Shown one piece after another: positions 13,016-28,562 of a DNA stretch of 64,000 nucleotides. The first letter of the stretch is position 1. The number at the start of each line of letters is the position of its first letter. The notes under the pieces were generated by a model that worked only from the letters and a program-made list of their open reading frames with translations, was not told the origin of the DNA and made no database searches. Source of the DNA: Microbotryum violaceum. Lineage: Eukaryota. The position numbers were made by a program, and so were the translations under genes. The stretch is taken from the NCBI GenBank assembly GCA_001244265.2, contig CDLV01000007.1, positions 682,001 through 746,000 on the forward strand, written 5' to 3'.

Positions 13016-15018
13016 ATGGACGAAGAATGGTCATCGGATGCTCTGGAAGCTCTGCAACTTCGCCTGGGTCAGTACCTAGCCTTTCCCCATCTTTTCGCGC
13101 TGCTGTTCACGACGTTGCGCGAAGGAGACGCGTCGCAACGTGCGCCAGAGCGACACCGTCGCGTCGAACGAACGCGTTCCCTTCGTTTGGAGCGCAACTC
13201 CACGCTCCCACGAAAAGAACTATTGTTTCCGTAAATCTACCTGAGCCCATACTGATTCTCGTTTCACTCACCAACAGTCCGAGCCAAAGCGGACGTCGCC
13301 GTGCTCGAACAGGGCGAGACGGACCTGGTCGATGATTTTCACCCGACGTTCGTGTACCCCATCTTTGGGCAGGAGGAGACCATCTTTGGATATAGGAACC
13401 TTGAGATCCAGGTACGTAGGCCTGGAATGAGACATTATGTGTGGTATCCAGGATGGGCGAGCAAACTGAAACCCCGGCCTGATCCCCTCTCTCCCGTTCA
13501 ATCCCCATCAGCTTCACTTCAGTTCCGGCGCTTTGAAGCAATACCTGCACGTCGATTACTCGTCCAAATTCCCTTCTACCACCACCGTATCCGCCGACGA
13601 CCCCGAAAAAACCCTCTACGAATTCATACCCCCGACCTACTCCAAAGACGAAGCGACGTTCCATTCGATCGTCGAAGCGGATTCCACAGAGTTCAAACCT
13701 TTGGGGAACAAGATCGGGGCGTTTCGCGAGAGATCTGAAGAGGAGATGGAGGAGGCGACTGGATCGGGCAAAGGGAAAGGAAAGGCCAAGAGGAGTGGGA
13801 TCGAGGTTCCTCCGAGACCTTGGAAATTGGTTGAGCAAGGGGATGAGGAGGAGGATGAAGAGGTGCTTTACGAGGCGTACCAGACGACTTGGGATACACC
13901 TGGTTTCAAAGAGTATCATAGGAGGATGCAGATTTTTGTGTTGCTCTACATCGAGGGAGCGCAGTACATTGATGAGGAAGACCCGAGGTGGGAATTCGTC
14001 ACACTGTGCGTTAATTTGTCTCCTCCTCTCCTTCAATTCGGAGTTAGTTCTCATGATCCTCTGCCATGCTTTCAGATTCGAGAGGAGGAAACGACAGGAC
14101 GGATCGTTTGGATATCACTTCGTCGGCTTCGTGTCGTTCTACTCTTTCTTCTGCTGGCCCGATACCAAACGATTGCGACTGGCGTGAGTTTCCCCTTGCC
14201 GGTTTTACCATGAGACCGTTGACTCTTCTGACCTTGAACAGTGTTCTTCATGATTTATCTTAGTCAATTCGTCATGCTCCCGCCGTACCAAGGCCAAGGT
14301 CATGGGTGTGAGTCCAGCATCTCGCCAGCCAGCGCGGATGGAGTGAGAACAACTTTGCTGATCATTGCTGGGACCCCTCTCTCCACAGCGGCCCTCTACA
14401 CACTCTGCTACAACCACGTCCTTTCCCGACCAGAGATCAGTGAACTCACAGGCAAGTCAAAACGCGACCAGACCAGAAAGGATGACGACATCTTTCTAAC
14501 ATCAGCCTCCTCCCCTTTATGACGCTTTCCAGTCGAGGACCCTTCGGAAATTTTCGAAGACATGCGCGACAAGTGTGATTTACACACCCTCATCACGTCG
14601 CATGAATTGGATGACCTTTCAGCTCCTTTGAACAAGCCTGCTTTGGAGGTGATTAGGAAGAAGTACAAGATTGCGGATGTGAGTCTCCCCTCGACCGAAA
14701 AAAATTGACTCGGCGCGCGTGGGAGCTTCTAAACCGAACCTTGTCTCGTCTCCCCTTCCTCCTTGATTTGTGCTTCACCCACCCCAGCGTCAATTCTACC
14801 GCCTCATCGAAATGCTCCTCCTTTTAAACCTCGACGAATCCAACGTCGCCCAAGTTAAAGCCTTCCGTCTAACGGTCAAACGTCGTCTATTCACCTTCAA
14901 CCGAGAGATGTTGACCCAGTTGGAGGAGCAGGAGAAGAAGGACAAGTTACATGAGACCTACACGGGCGTGAAGGCGGATTACAGGAGAATCACCGCGAAA
15001 TTCACTAGTGCGGCTTGA
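13016..15018 (+). CDS. HAT1: Histone acetyltransferase type B catalytic subunit
   Basis: WSSDALEAL, FHPTFVYPIFGQEETIFGY, YHRRMQIFVLLYIEGAQYI, SQFVMLPPYQGQGHG, ELTVEDPSE. Confidence 0.94.
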
Positions 15019-15204
15019 GAAGGTTTGAAGTCGGGTAGCTTCGAGGTAGTTTATATCCAGGCGGATCTCGATAGCTTTGTTCTTCTAGTGCATGTGGGAT
15101 ATTGCAGGAGAAAAGAAGTAGACTTAGGTGAAGAGAGTTGAGCTCCTTCTGTTGCATAAATGAGGACACTCCCCTCCCAAGAGGCTAATCAGACACGCGC
15201 TTCT

Positions 15205-16919
15205 CTATAACTCGGAGTGAGCAGGGGACTTGTAAACCAGGGCTGTTTCGAGAACTGAAGAGTGAAGGGAGCAGATGTCAGTCGCAATGCGAGAAAACTT
15301 CAACCTCACCAAGGTCGAGCACAACGTACCTTGTCTGAGCTTGGGCGACAAATCGGTTGGGAAAACAACAACGTACTCAACGTACAAATCCCCATAATTC
15401 GATTCGTGATAGATCGGCAACCCCTCCCCCGCCACGACTTGTACGAACCCGGGCTGCGTGACCCCGCTCCTCTGCAGCACAATTTTATGCCCATCCAACC
15501 CCACCACAGTCTTCTTGAACCCCAACAACGCCTCCGCCAAACTCAAAGGTTCCGTCCAATACAAGTTCGAGTCCTTTCGCACGAAACCCCCTGGCTTGCG
15601 CTTCGAACGGACTCGGACGATCACGTCCCCTGCTGCGATGTCAGGCGATTCGTCGGCTTCGCCTTCGAAAACGACTTCCGAATTTTCGGGCATGCCCCGG
15701 TCGATGTCGAGGGTGAGCTCGACGGAGGAATCGACGATGCGGTGTCCGCGGCAGACGGGGCAAACGTGGAGGGTCTTTTTGCCGCGGCCGGCGCATTGGT
15801 CACCTGTTTGAAAAAAGGGCGGAGAAGGTACGGGATCAGTTGCCGTTTTGTAAGATATGATGAGGGGTGGATCACATACAGTGCATTTGGACTTGTTGGT
15901 AGATCCCCGGGGCGAGTTGATGGCGCACGAGACGGATGCCTCGACCTGACCGACGCGAGAAAGGGTCAGCTTCTAGAATTACCCACCCTTGTGAGCGTTT
16001 CGAATGCACAGCGCACCTTCACATGCTTTGCACTCGACAACATCCCGAGCCGACCTTGCCCCTGATCCTTCGCATTCCTCGCACATTTGCTTTCGAGCAA
16101 TGTTGAACTGGCGATAAGCGAACACGAACAAAGCGTAAGCATTCCCAGTCCCCTGCGACCCCTTTGCGTTCTTCCCCCTCGTTCCGAATACTAACGTTTA
16201 TCCTGTCCCCAGAATAGATCGATTCTAAATCGACCTCGATATCGGCGATCATATTGTTCCCCTTCCTCTGCTGTTGTTGTCCGCCAAAAGCCTGACGGAA
16301 CACATCGAACGGATCATGGAAACCACCTCCACCACCCTGTTGCTGCTTGAGACCTTCTTCACCGAACCGGTCGTAGATTTTACGTTTTTCCGGGTCGGAG
16401 AGGGCTTCGTACGCGTGCCCGATCTCGAGGAATTTGGCTTTGGCGGACTCTTCGGGGTTCTTGTCGGGGTCTGAGAGAACGAGTGCGAGCGTGCTCAGCT
16501 AGGGGAATCGAGGGCGGACTCCGAGGGCGGCCCTCGATCTACTTACGATATTGCTTGCTCAATCTCTGTAAGAGAACCACGAACAACAAATACTCTGTGT
16601 CAGCGCTCTCCCTTTCTTATTCGCAGCACGAACGATTCGGTCCTCGGTGATTCCCCGAGCGGCGAACTCCAACTACGAACTAACCCGGTCTGTAACACAG
16701 ACAAAGCAAGATTTCAGCTCAGAAGCCCGAACCCCAACCAACCCTCTACGATCAGCTCTACTTACAAGCCTTCTTGATCTCCTTTTCACTCGCCGTTTTG
16801 CTCAGACCCAAGATCTTGTAGAAGTCGGCCCCGGCGAGGACGTGGCAAGCACAAAGCAACAGCACCAGTGCCGTTAACAATGTCGTCGTCAAGGATCCGT
16901 GGCTTGAACTTGTCCGCAT
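15205..16919 (-). CDS. SCJ1: ER-lumenal type I DnaJ/Hsp40 co-chaperone (Scj1-like)
   Basis: Signal peptide, J domain DFYKILG..HPDK built from microexons, CxxCxGxG zinc-finger repeats, DnaJ_C domain, C-terminal HSEL retention-like signal. Confidence 0.88.
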
Positions 16920-17264
16920 GGTGGGTGAACCGAGAGCAAAGGGGGGGTGTCGCGCGGCAAGAGAGGGACGAGAACGACGAGGACGACAGCGTTGACGTGG
17001 CCGTTCGTTCGCGATTGCACGGTCCAGGCGCACACGGTCCAGGCGCACAGAGCCACGCTCTCGGCCTGTGTCTCGGCTCACCAGAGAATGACACACCCCG
17101 ACACATTGAAAAGCAAAGTCGAGTGTTTTGAGTTCATAACAACGATACAAGGAAAGAACGAAAAAAAGATGAACTCCGCCAGACAGTAATTCGTACACCC
17201 CGAGAACATATCCTTTGTATCACAACACGCGATCCATCGAACGAGAAAAACGAGCCGAGGTAGA

Positions 17265-20153
17265 TCACTCCTCCTCTTCGTCCTCATCATCCTCTCCCCC
17301 CACATCATCCTCCCCCTCTTCCACTTCCTCATCCTCATCCTCCTCCTCATTTTCCATCTGTTCTTCCCCCTCAGGCTGTCCCATAATACTATTCCTCAGA
17401 TCGATCCATTGCTGCTCCGTATCCGCGATTGTATCCCCATTCAACTTTTCAGAGACCCGGCGCGATTGCGTAAAGAACAACCGTACGTCGCGGTTCGACG
17501 TCGCAACGATTTGGTACTTGTTGCCTCGGGGGACGAGGAAGCATGCGCCTCTGGTGGGGAAGTGAAGAGACAAAGTCAGATCAGGGTTGTAAGGCAGAGA
17601 GGCAAAGGTCACGATGACTCACGGGCCAATGGCGAATTTCGTTCGATGGACGGTGACCGAGCACGAGCCTTGGATGCAGTAGAAGATCTGTCCATCCACG
17701 CATCTCTGCATTAGTATCGTCGTCTCCGAGACCCGTGACTGTGACCGTGACTACGACTCACATAGGTATTATCCCTCGAAGGTTTGGTCGGCTTCTCCGA
17801 TCCCGAAGGAATATCAATGATCCCGCCGGCGAGGTAATCCAATTCGCTAAAGATCTTTTGGTACCGGAACTGGCCCTGCCCCGCAGGTTTGGTATTGATC
17901 ATCTTCTTGGTGAAAGCGACGCGACGTTGCGTCTCGGCCTGCCCTTCCCAACTCCAGACCAGACCTTCAGGATCGGTGAGCGAATCCACGCCTTCTTCTT
18001 CATCCTTGATTTCGGCTTTGACGCTTTGCGCTCGCCCTCGTGGAGCTTGGCTCGTCGCACGGCCTCCCTTCTTGCGTTGGGCGGCGAGTGGCTCGGGGTC
18101 GGGTTTGGGGTAGAGCACGACCTCAGTGATGCCCAGCCCGGACGGTCGACGCTTGTAGACGACTCGTTCGTTGCGCCAGTATTCGACCGGGGCCAAGCGC
18201 TGACGATTCGATCGACGTTCTGTCCCACACATCGGGAGCACCATGTTAGCTGCAAGCAATTATGTCCACTATTCTGACCGACCGTTGGCACTCACTGCTC
18301 CCATCATCATCGGAATCCGAATCGCGTCGACGCCTCTGCGGTGCCGTACGTACTTCCTTGACCCCATTCGTCTGTTTTCCCTTCTTGGTCTTGGCCGCCA
18401 TCTGTCGTTTCTGAGCACTCGCCGGGCTATTGGTTGAGTTGGACGCGTTCGAAGTCCTCGCTCGTCCTTTCCCCTTGGGACGACTAGGAGACCGACGTTC
18501 TTCTGCTTCGCCTTGATCGTCGTCCTGGTCATCATGATTATAACGACCGGCCCCACCGCCACCTTGGTTCGTATCGAAATCATCGTACGCTTCACCTGCC
18601 CCATCATCATCGTCATCATCCTGGAACCCATCCTGATCGTAATACTGATGCTGAGGTTCAGGTTCAGGTTCAGGTTCAGGTTCCTCCTCTGGTGTCGGGG
18701 ACCTCACAAGCCTCGCCTTGCCCTTGTCCTGACGAACAGGCTGCCCACTCTTGCCCAACTGGACCAATCGATGGTTGCTCGAGTCGTGGTTCCGAGTTGC
18801 CGAGTTGGTCAGACTATGCGCGACGGCTTCATCGTCCGATTCATCGGAGTGAACGTTCTCGGACCGATCGCGCGCGTTGGGTCGTCGGCCGTTCGTGGTG
18901 TTGCCGCTAGCACTACCACTTGCTTCCCCTCGATGCTCGGGTGAGCCGTACGTGAGCGAGTTCCGTAGCCCCGATGCGCGGCGAGCGTCTTTGCGGTTGC
19001 CACGTTGATAGCTGATCGGTGTCATGGATGATCCTGCAGGGGAGAGAACCCCCGTCAGCATGCTCCAAGATGTCGTGGCCGACCAGCCGTTCAATACTCA
19101 CCATCGTCCAGCTCCATATCGGCACTATCACCGTACTCTTCCTCGTCATCATTGTTACCTCCATACTCTCGGTTGTCAAAGTCGCCTCGATCGTAGGTAT
19201 CGTACTGCTCCAGCTGAACGGGTTGGCCCCCGCCCTGACGCGAATTGTCCCGACTGTTAGCCGTTTTCCGACTCGACGCGGTGTCCGAAGAGACCTTTCG
19301 AGATGAAGATTGGTCGTAGGCGCCACTGCGACCTCCTTGGGTATCGGGGGATCTGAAGAAGGCGTCTGGGTTCTGGTAACCGTACGCATCGACCGAGACG
19401 CGGGGAAGGGTGATACCGGTCTTGCTGCAAAGGGATGGAGATAGGAGGGACGAGCGTGTGCCAAAAGAATATTAGAACAATGTCTTCTAGCACTGAACGA
19501 CGTTGAAAATGGGCCAGGCCTGTAGTGCGACGGCGCGCCCACGTGCATGTATGCACAACCCCTGCGACCTCGAGGCAGGCACGTGAAGCTGGAGCGCGCG
19601 TCGCTGGTCCCGCGCTCAAGAAAGCAAGCCCAAACCCCGCCATGGTGACTCACCGGCCCTTTTCACCAATCTCGTTGAATCTCTGTGGTCGTTCCCTGCT
19701 CGGCTTGGGGTTCGCCTGAGACGAGTTGAGGCTCTGTTGCGAGGAGCGTGAGCCCGATCGTTGCGCAAACGGACGCGACGCGTCGTCGTGGTCATCATGA
19801 CCGTGGTCGTGGTCGTAGTGATCATCTTCGTGTGTACTACCAAAGAATTGGGAGGCTCGTTCGTTGCCTGCCGAGTCGCGGGCTACGTTCGAAGGTGGTC
19901 GAATGCCGGTGATCCTGTTTTGCGAATCGCGGATCGGGCGCAATGGGTGATGTCAGCTTTCGTCGGCGGGCGTGGGTCAAAACAAGGCAGGGGGGATGTG
20001 AGGGAGGGGGGCGGGGAGGGGCGACACGGGGGTGGAGGAGGTGGAGGCTGGCGTGGGACCCCAAGGGTACGGTGGATGTACTGACCTTCCTTGGGATCCA
20101 ATGTTGTTGTAGTGTTGGTCTCGACCGTTGCGTCGGTCATGGGTGTTGGCCAT
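17265..20153 (-). CDS. MIF2: Inner kinetochore protein CENP-C/Mif2
   Basis: CENP-C motif RRSNRQRLAPVEYWRNERVVY; C-terminal cupin (FLVPRGNKY..RLFFTQ); two N-terminal GR(K/I)TGI...FF motifs. Confidence 0.9.
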
Positions 20154-20676
20154 CTCGGCGTCGTTGAGGTGCGGCTCGGCTGCCAAGCACGGGCGAGTTC
20201 ACTGGCTGGCGTGGTTTACTGCAGCGATCGGTTGTTGAGTGAGGCTGAGATCTCGGCTCGGGTGCGACGGGCCGGCACTGAGCTCGGTCGTAGGGTGGGT
20301 GTCGTAGTGGTCCTGACGAAGAAGTGTTGTTGAGTGGACCTGTTGAGATGGATCAACTCGAATGCGACGGCGACGGCGACCAGACCCAAGAAGGATACAG
20401 TTGCGCAGTTGCGCTCAGCTGGGGTCGGAGAGCGCGCGCCCAAACTCGACAGCCCCTTTCAGTTTTCATTTCGGCATTAGCGCGTGCCGAGCGGGCACTA
20501 CTGCCGTTCAATCTGTAATACTCAATTCGAACCTACCCGTGAGCCGCCGCCTGCGTCATCCGTCGCTGAGCGCTGAGCGCTGATCCGCCTCGCCTCTGCC
20601 CTTGTCCCCACCTCGCTCCTCCCACCTCCCTCCTCCCACCTCCCTCCTTCTTCAACCCCCACCCCATTCTTTCAAC

Positions 20677-23761
<3,085 letters not shown>

Positions 23762-24055
23762 GCGATATCTGTTCCTGTGCCTGCTACAGGTTATCGACCA
23801 CCGTTGCGATCCCGCCCGGCCAAGGCCTAATCCTCTCCGCGCCACTCGGGTTTTGCTCCCGAGGGTTGAACTCTAACTCCCTTCTCCTTCTTTTCCTCTC
23901 TGTGTCTGTCTCTGTGTTTTGCGAACTTTTTCCTTTACTTTCTTACTTTCTTTCTTGTTCCGCGGTTCAGAGAAAGGATTTGGAGGTTGAGAGTGTAATC
24001 TAGACTTTTTTAGTCTACCTGACGTGTCTACGCTGTGCTGCGGAGCCCACCTCCA

Positions 24056-24940
24056 TCAAGCCTTCTCCCACCTGAAACACTTCTCCATCCTCAACATCCC
24101 CTCACGATCCTCGGGCATCCTCAACTCTGTCTCACCCGTCCCCTTGAACCCCAACTTGAGATCTACCCCTTCTGAGCCCGGATTATCCGAAAAAGCCTGC
24201 ACCTCAATCACCCTCATCCGAAGCACAGGGACCAACCATTCGTCCCTCAACTCTTTCAACACCAACGTCATGTACCCCTTTCCGATAAATTCAGGTGATA
24301 GGAGAAAGTACCAGGTGTAGATGATGGTCGGGTCGCCTGTAGGGAGGGACAGGTTCTTGGAAATGGCCGCGTCACGTTCGGGTCCTTCGACGATTTCGAG
24401 GAACGAATCTTCACGGTAAACTTGAAGAACACCGATAAAAACGTCTTCTCCCTCGGAGTCGGTTAGGCGGTTGTCGTTTTTGTTTTACCCAACGAAAGAT
24501 TCGGATTTGCCGGTCGTGAAAGAAGAATTTGTCGGCGTGGTTCGTAAGTTCCCCATGCGAATCGCACTCAGAGGGCAACCCGACGCCTTGCCCTCCTTCA
24601 AACTTTGCCCAATAATCGCCTCTTCAGTCTTCCTCAACCCTCTGACGTACTCTTCCGCATGTCGAGGTAGGTACGGATTGGGTGGTGAATACATGAAAGG
24701 CGAAACGGTCGGATCATTGAGGAGCTTGACGCGATGGGGAACATCGGATTGACGACTTGGGGTGAGGATGAGCTCATGTTGCGAGAGGGGTAGATAAGGT
24801 TCTGATGTTTTGGAATTGATGGAGAGTTTGAGGATCCAGCTTAAAGAGGGGTGTAGGGAGGTCGGGTAGGTCAACTTGTCGGACAGAACCGAGGATGGAG
24901 TGGGAGTGCTGGAGCATGCGACTGGTAATGAAACCGCCAT
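24056..24940 (-). pseudogene. GNAT (RimJ/RimL-like) acetyltransferase interrupted by one in-frame TAA at 24485-24487
   Basis: N-half (LLNDPTV..PPNPY..GCPLSAIR) and C-half (NLSLPTGDP..LSPEFIGKGYMT..AFSDNPGS..KLGF) lie in the same frame, separated only by TAA. Confidence 0.7.
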
Positions 24941-25833
24941 TTCTGAAGTGGGCGAGTCTGGAGAGGTTTGGTGGTTCACTGGAAAGAGTCAGGTGTAGAA
25001 CAAGACCAACTTCAAGATGTTGTCGTCGGACGAGTGGGTCGTTTCCAAGAGGCAGTGGCTCTGCAGATTGAGTCGTGACTAGTAAAGCTCAGCGTCGGAG
25101 TCCGAGATCGAGTCAATGCCAACCTCGACGACGATGATGCCGACGGTGCGAAAAGTAACTCCCGCCGACGTGCCGCTCCATCCGTTGGCTAGGCTGTTGT
25201 TCGTTCAATGAGACCAGTGGAGATGAGACACACCTTTGCGCGTTGCGAGAGATTGATCGGGTCACCCCTTTTCCCTTGCTGAGACCTCTTCTGGAGGTTG
25301 TGTCATGCCTGTGACAACCCACACGATTCTGCCGGTGTCGGACGGCCAGGACATCTGACGACCCGTCGCGCCAAGTCACGTGCACGTCACCGTCAAAAAG
25401 GGACAAAGGCTTGGCTGCGATGAAAATGCTTGCAGGGGCGCGCGGCGCGCGCTTCAGTTGGCGCGCCAACGCGGTAGCCAATGCGAAGGCGCTACGCAAC
25501 GGCGCGTGCGGGAAAAGGGGCGGCGAGCATGCCTCGCCGCGCCGGAGCCCTTGGGACTGAAGTTGGGGTGCTTTGTTCTCACACAACCCATCCTCTTCGT
25601 GCTCCCTCTTCTGTTTGTCCATCTGGTCTGTTTGTGTCTCGTCTGCATTTACTCGTTCGGCCACCAACCACCTGTACGTTTCGGATCCCTTCGGTAGTAT
25701 TCGTTGGCAAGCACCACCCTCCGGATCCCGTCGTCGCCGTTCGATCTAAATCTCGCGATCCAACCGCGCCGCGCCTGGATTTTAGCACCGACGACCAAAT
25801 CGAAGATCATACAACATCGCCCCTCCGTGCGCG

Positions 25834-27590
25834 ATGCACACCATCACCTTGCTCACAGTGACCCTCTGTCTATCGACCGCGGCTCTTGGCCGTCTCGATC
25901 ATAGTCATTCCCGTCTCAACAAGCGCCACCACCACGATCTCGCCGCTCGAGCCCCTCTCCCTGCCTTGTCTCTCGGCGACTCTGATCCGTCGGCCGACCA
26001 CCTTGACAAGCGCGGCGACTACAGTCTCGACAGCGTCGGTGCTGCTCTCAAGCTTTCTTTTAGTGACGTTGCGACGTACTCGACTCCTGCATCGCAAGCC
26101 GTCCCTGCCCAGGCCGCTTCTCTCTTTGCCGGACCGACCGCCGAGGAGCTCGCCTCGGCCAAAGCGGCCAAAGCGCTCAAAGAGAAGAAGGCCGCCGCCA
26201 AAGCTCGTCATGAAGCAGCTTCAAAAGCATTCGCCGCCAGGGTCAAATCTGCCGAGAATGCTAGGGCCAAGAAAGCCGCGCTGATCAAGTCCAAGGCCGA
26301 GGCGTAAGTCACGTGACCCTGGCTCCCCTCGTCGTTTCATCGCTTGGACCTTCACAACCCTTGTACTCGACCGCATCTCTGACTCTGTGATCTCTGTTTT
26401 GACTGCAATAGTGCCGAGAAGAAGGCAGAAGAAGAAGCCGCTGCTGCCAAGGCCAAGAAGTGAGTCTGACGGATAAAAGTTTCGTGCACGCTGTGCTAGA
26501 CCCCTAACGACTCTGCGCACATTTTCCTTGGTCAGAGTCGCCGAGGCCAAGACGGCTGCAGAGAAGGCTGCCAAGAAAGCCGCAAAGAAATCCGCAAAGA
26601 AAGCCGCAAAGACAGCTGCTGAAACCGCCGCCAAGAAGAAGTCTGCCGCCAAGAAGAAGAACGCGTCGGTGCAAACAAAGTATGTTGCGAACGCGCTCGT
26701 CTTGCTATCCTGTAATCGATCGCTGACCCTGACGCTGCCTCTTGGTCTTTATTCATGGCAGTGTCCTGCCGCCTTTCAGGCTCGGCGTAGTGAGCGATGA
26801 TGGCGATGACAGTTCGTCATCAGCGTCCACTGGCAAAGGTCTCATCGGTTTTGTCTCGGAGAACTGCGGACCATCCGGCGCCACCGAAGAATTCCCGAAC
26901 GGCTCCGAAAGCTTCTTGAGCTGCGGTATCAGCAGAAGCAACCCTGATTCGGGATGGACACCCCCCAAGGGCATTCGGTTGGACCACATCACCACCGTCA
27001 GCATCGAAGTTGCGCTCGCCAAGAACCCCATCTGGGCCCCCTGCGCCAAATTCACCGAACTGTTCGAAAAGGTCGCCGAGAAGACGAACTTGCCGCCCAT
27101 TCTGTTGATGGCTCTTGCTCTCCAAGAGGTGGGTTTCGCTTGGGTCTGTGACCAGGAAGAAGAGCCTCCTTGAGAGTGGATCTATTAAACTGACCGTCCG
27201 CGTCTCCGGTGGGTTTCTACGCAGTCGACGTGCATGGAGGACACGATTGGCGACAGCGGCGGTGCCTTTGGCTTGATGCAGATAACCGAAAGCAAGTGTG
27301 GTGGTCGAAACGCAAAAGACTGCTCCGCACCAGAGTACAACGTCTTGACGGGCGCGCAATACTTGCGCGACGAGATCGATCGCCAAAACGGCGCCTTCCT
27401 CGTCGCTCTTGGTCAATATAACGGCTGGTACCCCGGTTTGAGCTACAATATAGCTGTAGCACCTGCAAAAGAAGGTCATTGCGAGTGGCAGCAGAACTTG
27501 GATTACTTTGAACAAGTTCTAAACGGTTGGCTCCTCGGTAGGACCGGCTACACGATGGGTTCCATGAAGAATCTGGCCAACTGCCATTGA
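25834..27590 (+). CDS. Secreted protein with Ala/Lys-rich region and C-terminal lysozyme-like SLT/GH23 domain
   Basis: Signal peptide, KR sites, AAKKAAKK tracts; LLMALALQ-E-S (catalytic Glu position), GLMQI, NVLTGAQYL, ALGQYNG motifs. Confidence 0.82.
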
Positions 27591-28562
27591 GGCCTCGGTG
27601 CCTACTCAATCACATATACCCCAGATATCCGATCTTCAGTTTGGACGTGATCACCCTTGGGAATATCTTTTGTTCATGTTGTGGCTGGGCCACTCTTGTA
27701 ATGTAATGTAATTATGATCGACGGGCTAGGCCTGATGACTAGTGACTGTACTAGTGGAAGCCGCTTTGGTCCGACAGGAGCAACTTGTTGCAAGAGGTGC
27801 AGTATCAGTTGACTGTGAATTGGACCACCCTGGGTCCTCATCATAGCAGAGTAGGCAAGCAAGGATAAAGGCAACTCCGATAGGGGTGGGGGTCCGCGCG
27901 GAAGAATCCCACTGCCTTGCGACGACGGGTGCTCTTGTATGTCGGATAGACGCTGTAGGCCCCACAGAAGTGGTACACGCACAATCAAGTACATGTGAAC
28001 GCTAAGTTGCGATGTTGAATGACCGATGAGTTGGTTCCACACTCCCTGTCCACGGTGGAGTCAGTCACTAACGCTGTCCGAGCCGCCTCCTGTGGTTCCG
28101 TAGGTGTGCCGCCCGATGTTCTTCAGGGGGAAAGACGACCTCCGATGCGACCCTCAAATTCACGAAATGTTCCTCTTAGCCGCCACGTGCTCCGCGGACG
28201 ACGTTTAAGGCAGAGCGAACGTCCTCGACGGGGTGCGCAGGGGTAACCCCTATTAGGAGCGAGATGCTGAACAAGTAGTCGTGATAAGTTGAGAAATTTA
28301 GAGTGAGCAATGCTGAGATCCGAGTGCGAGCTGTACGGGAAAGAGAGCGTCGCGCAGTCGCACCGAAGAGGATGGGGACAAAAGAGGCATTGAACATGGT
28401 CGCACGAGTAGATCGAAACTTCGAAAGGCAGCTAGCACTGCATGAGCCCTAACCTGGCACGGAATCTCAGATGAAGATGAGAGCTTTCTGAGCCAAAATT
28501 GGACCTTTTCCAGGGAGGTATCAGGGTGAGATCGAGACCCGTGTCCATCAGACCATCCTGGG

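Noticed and set aside
18655..18682. Short tandem repeats (TCAGGT)n, and similar ones at 47388-47438 and 62856-62880, as CRISPR-like arrays
   Set aside because: Spacerless microsatellites encoding EP or SSP tracts, or intronic; eukaryotic context
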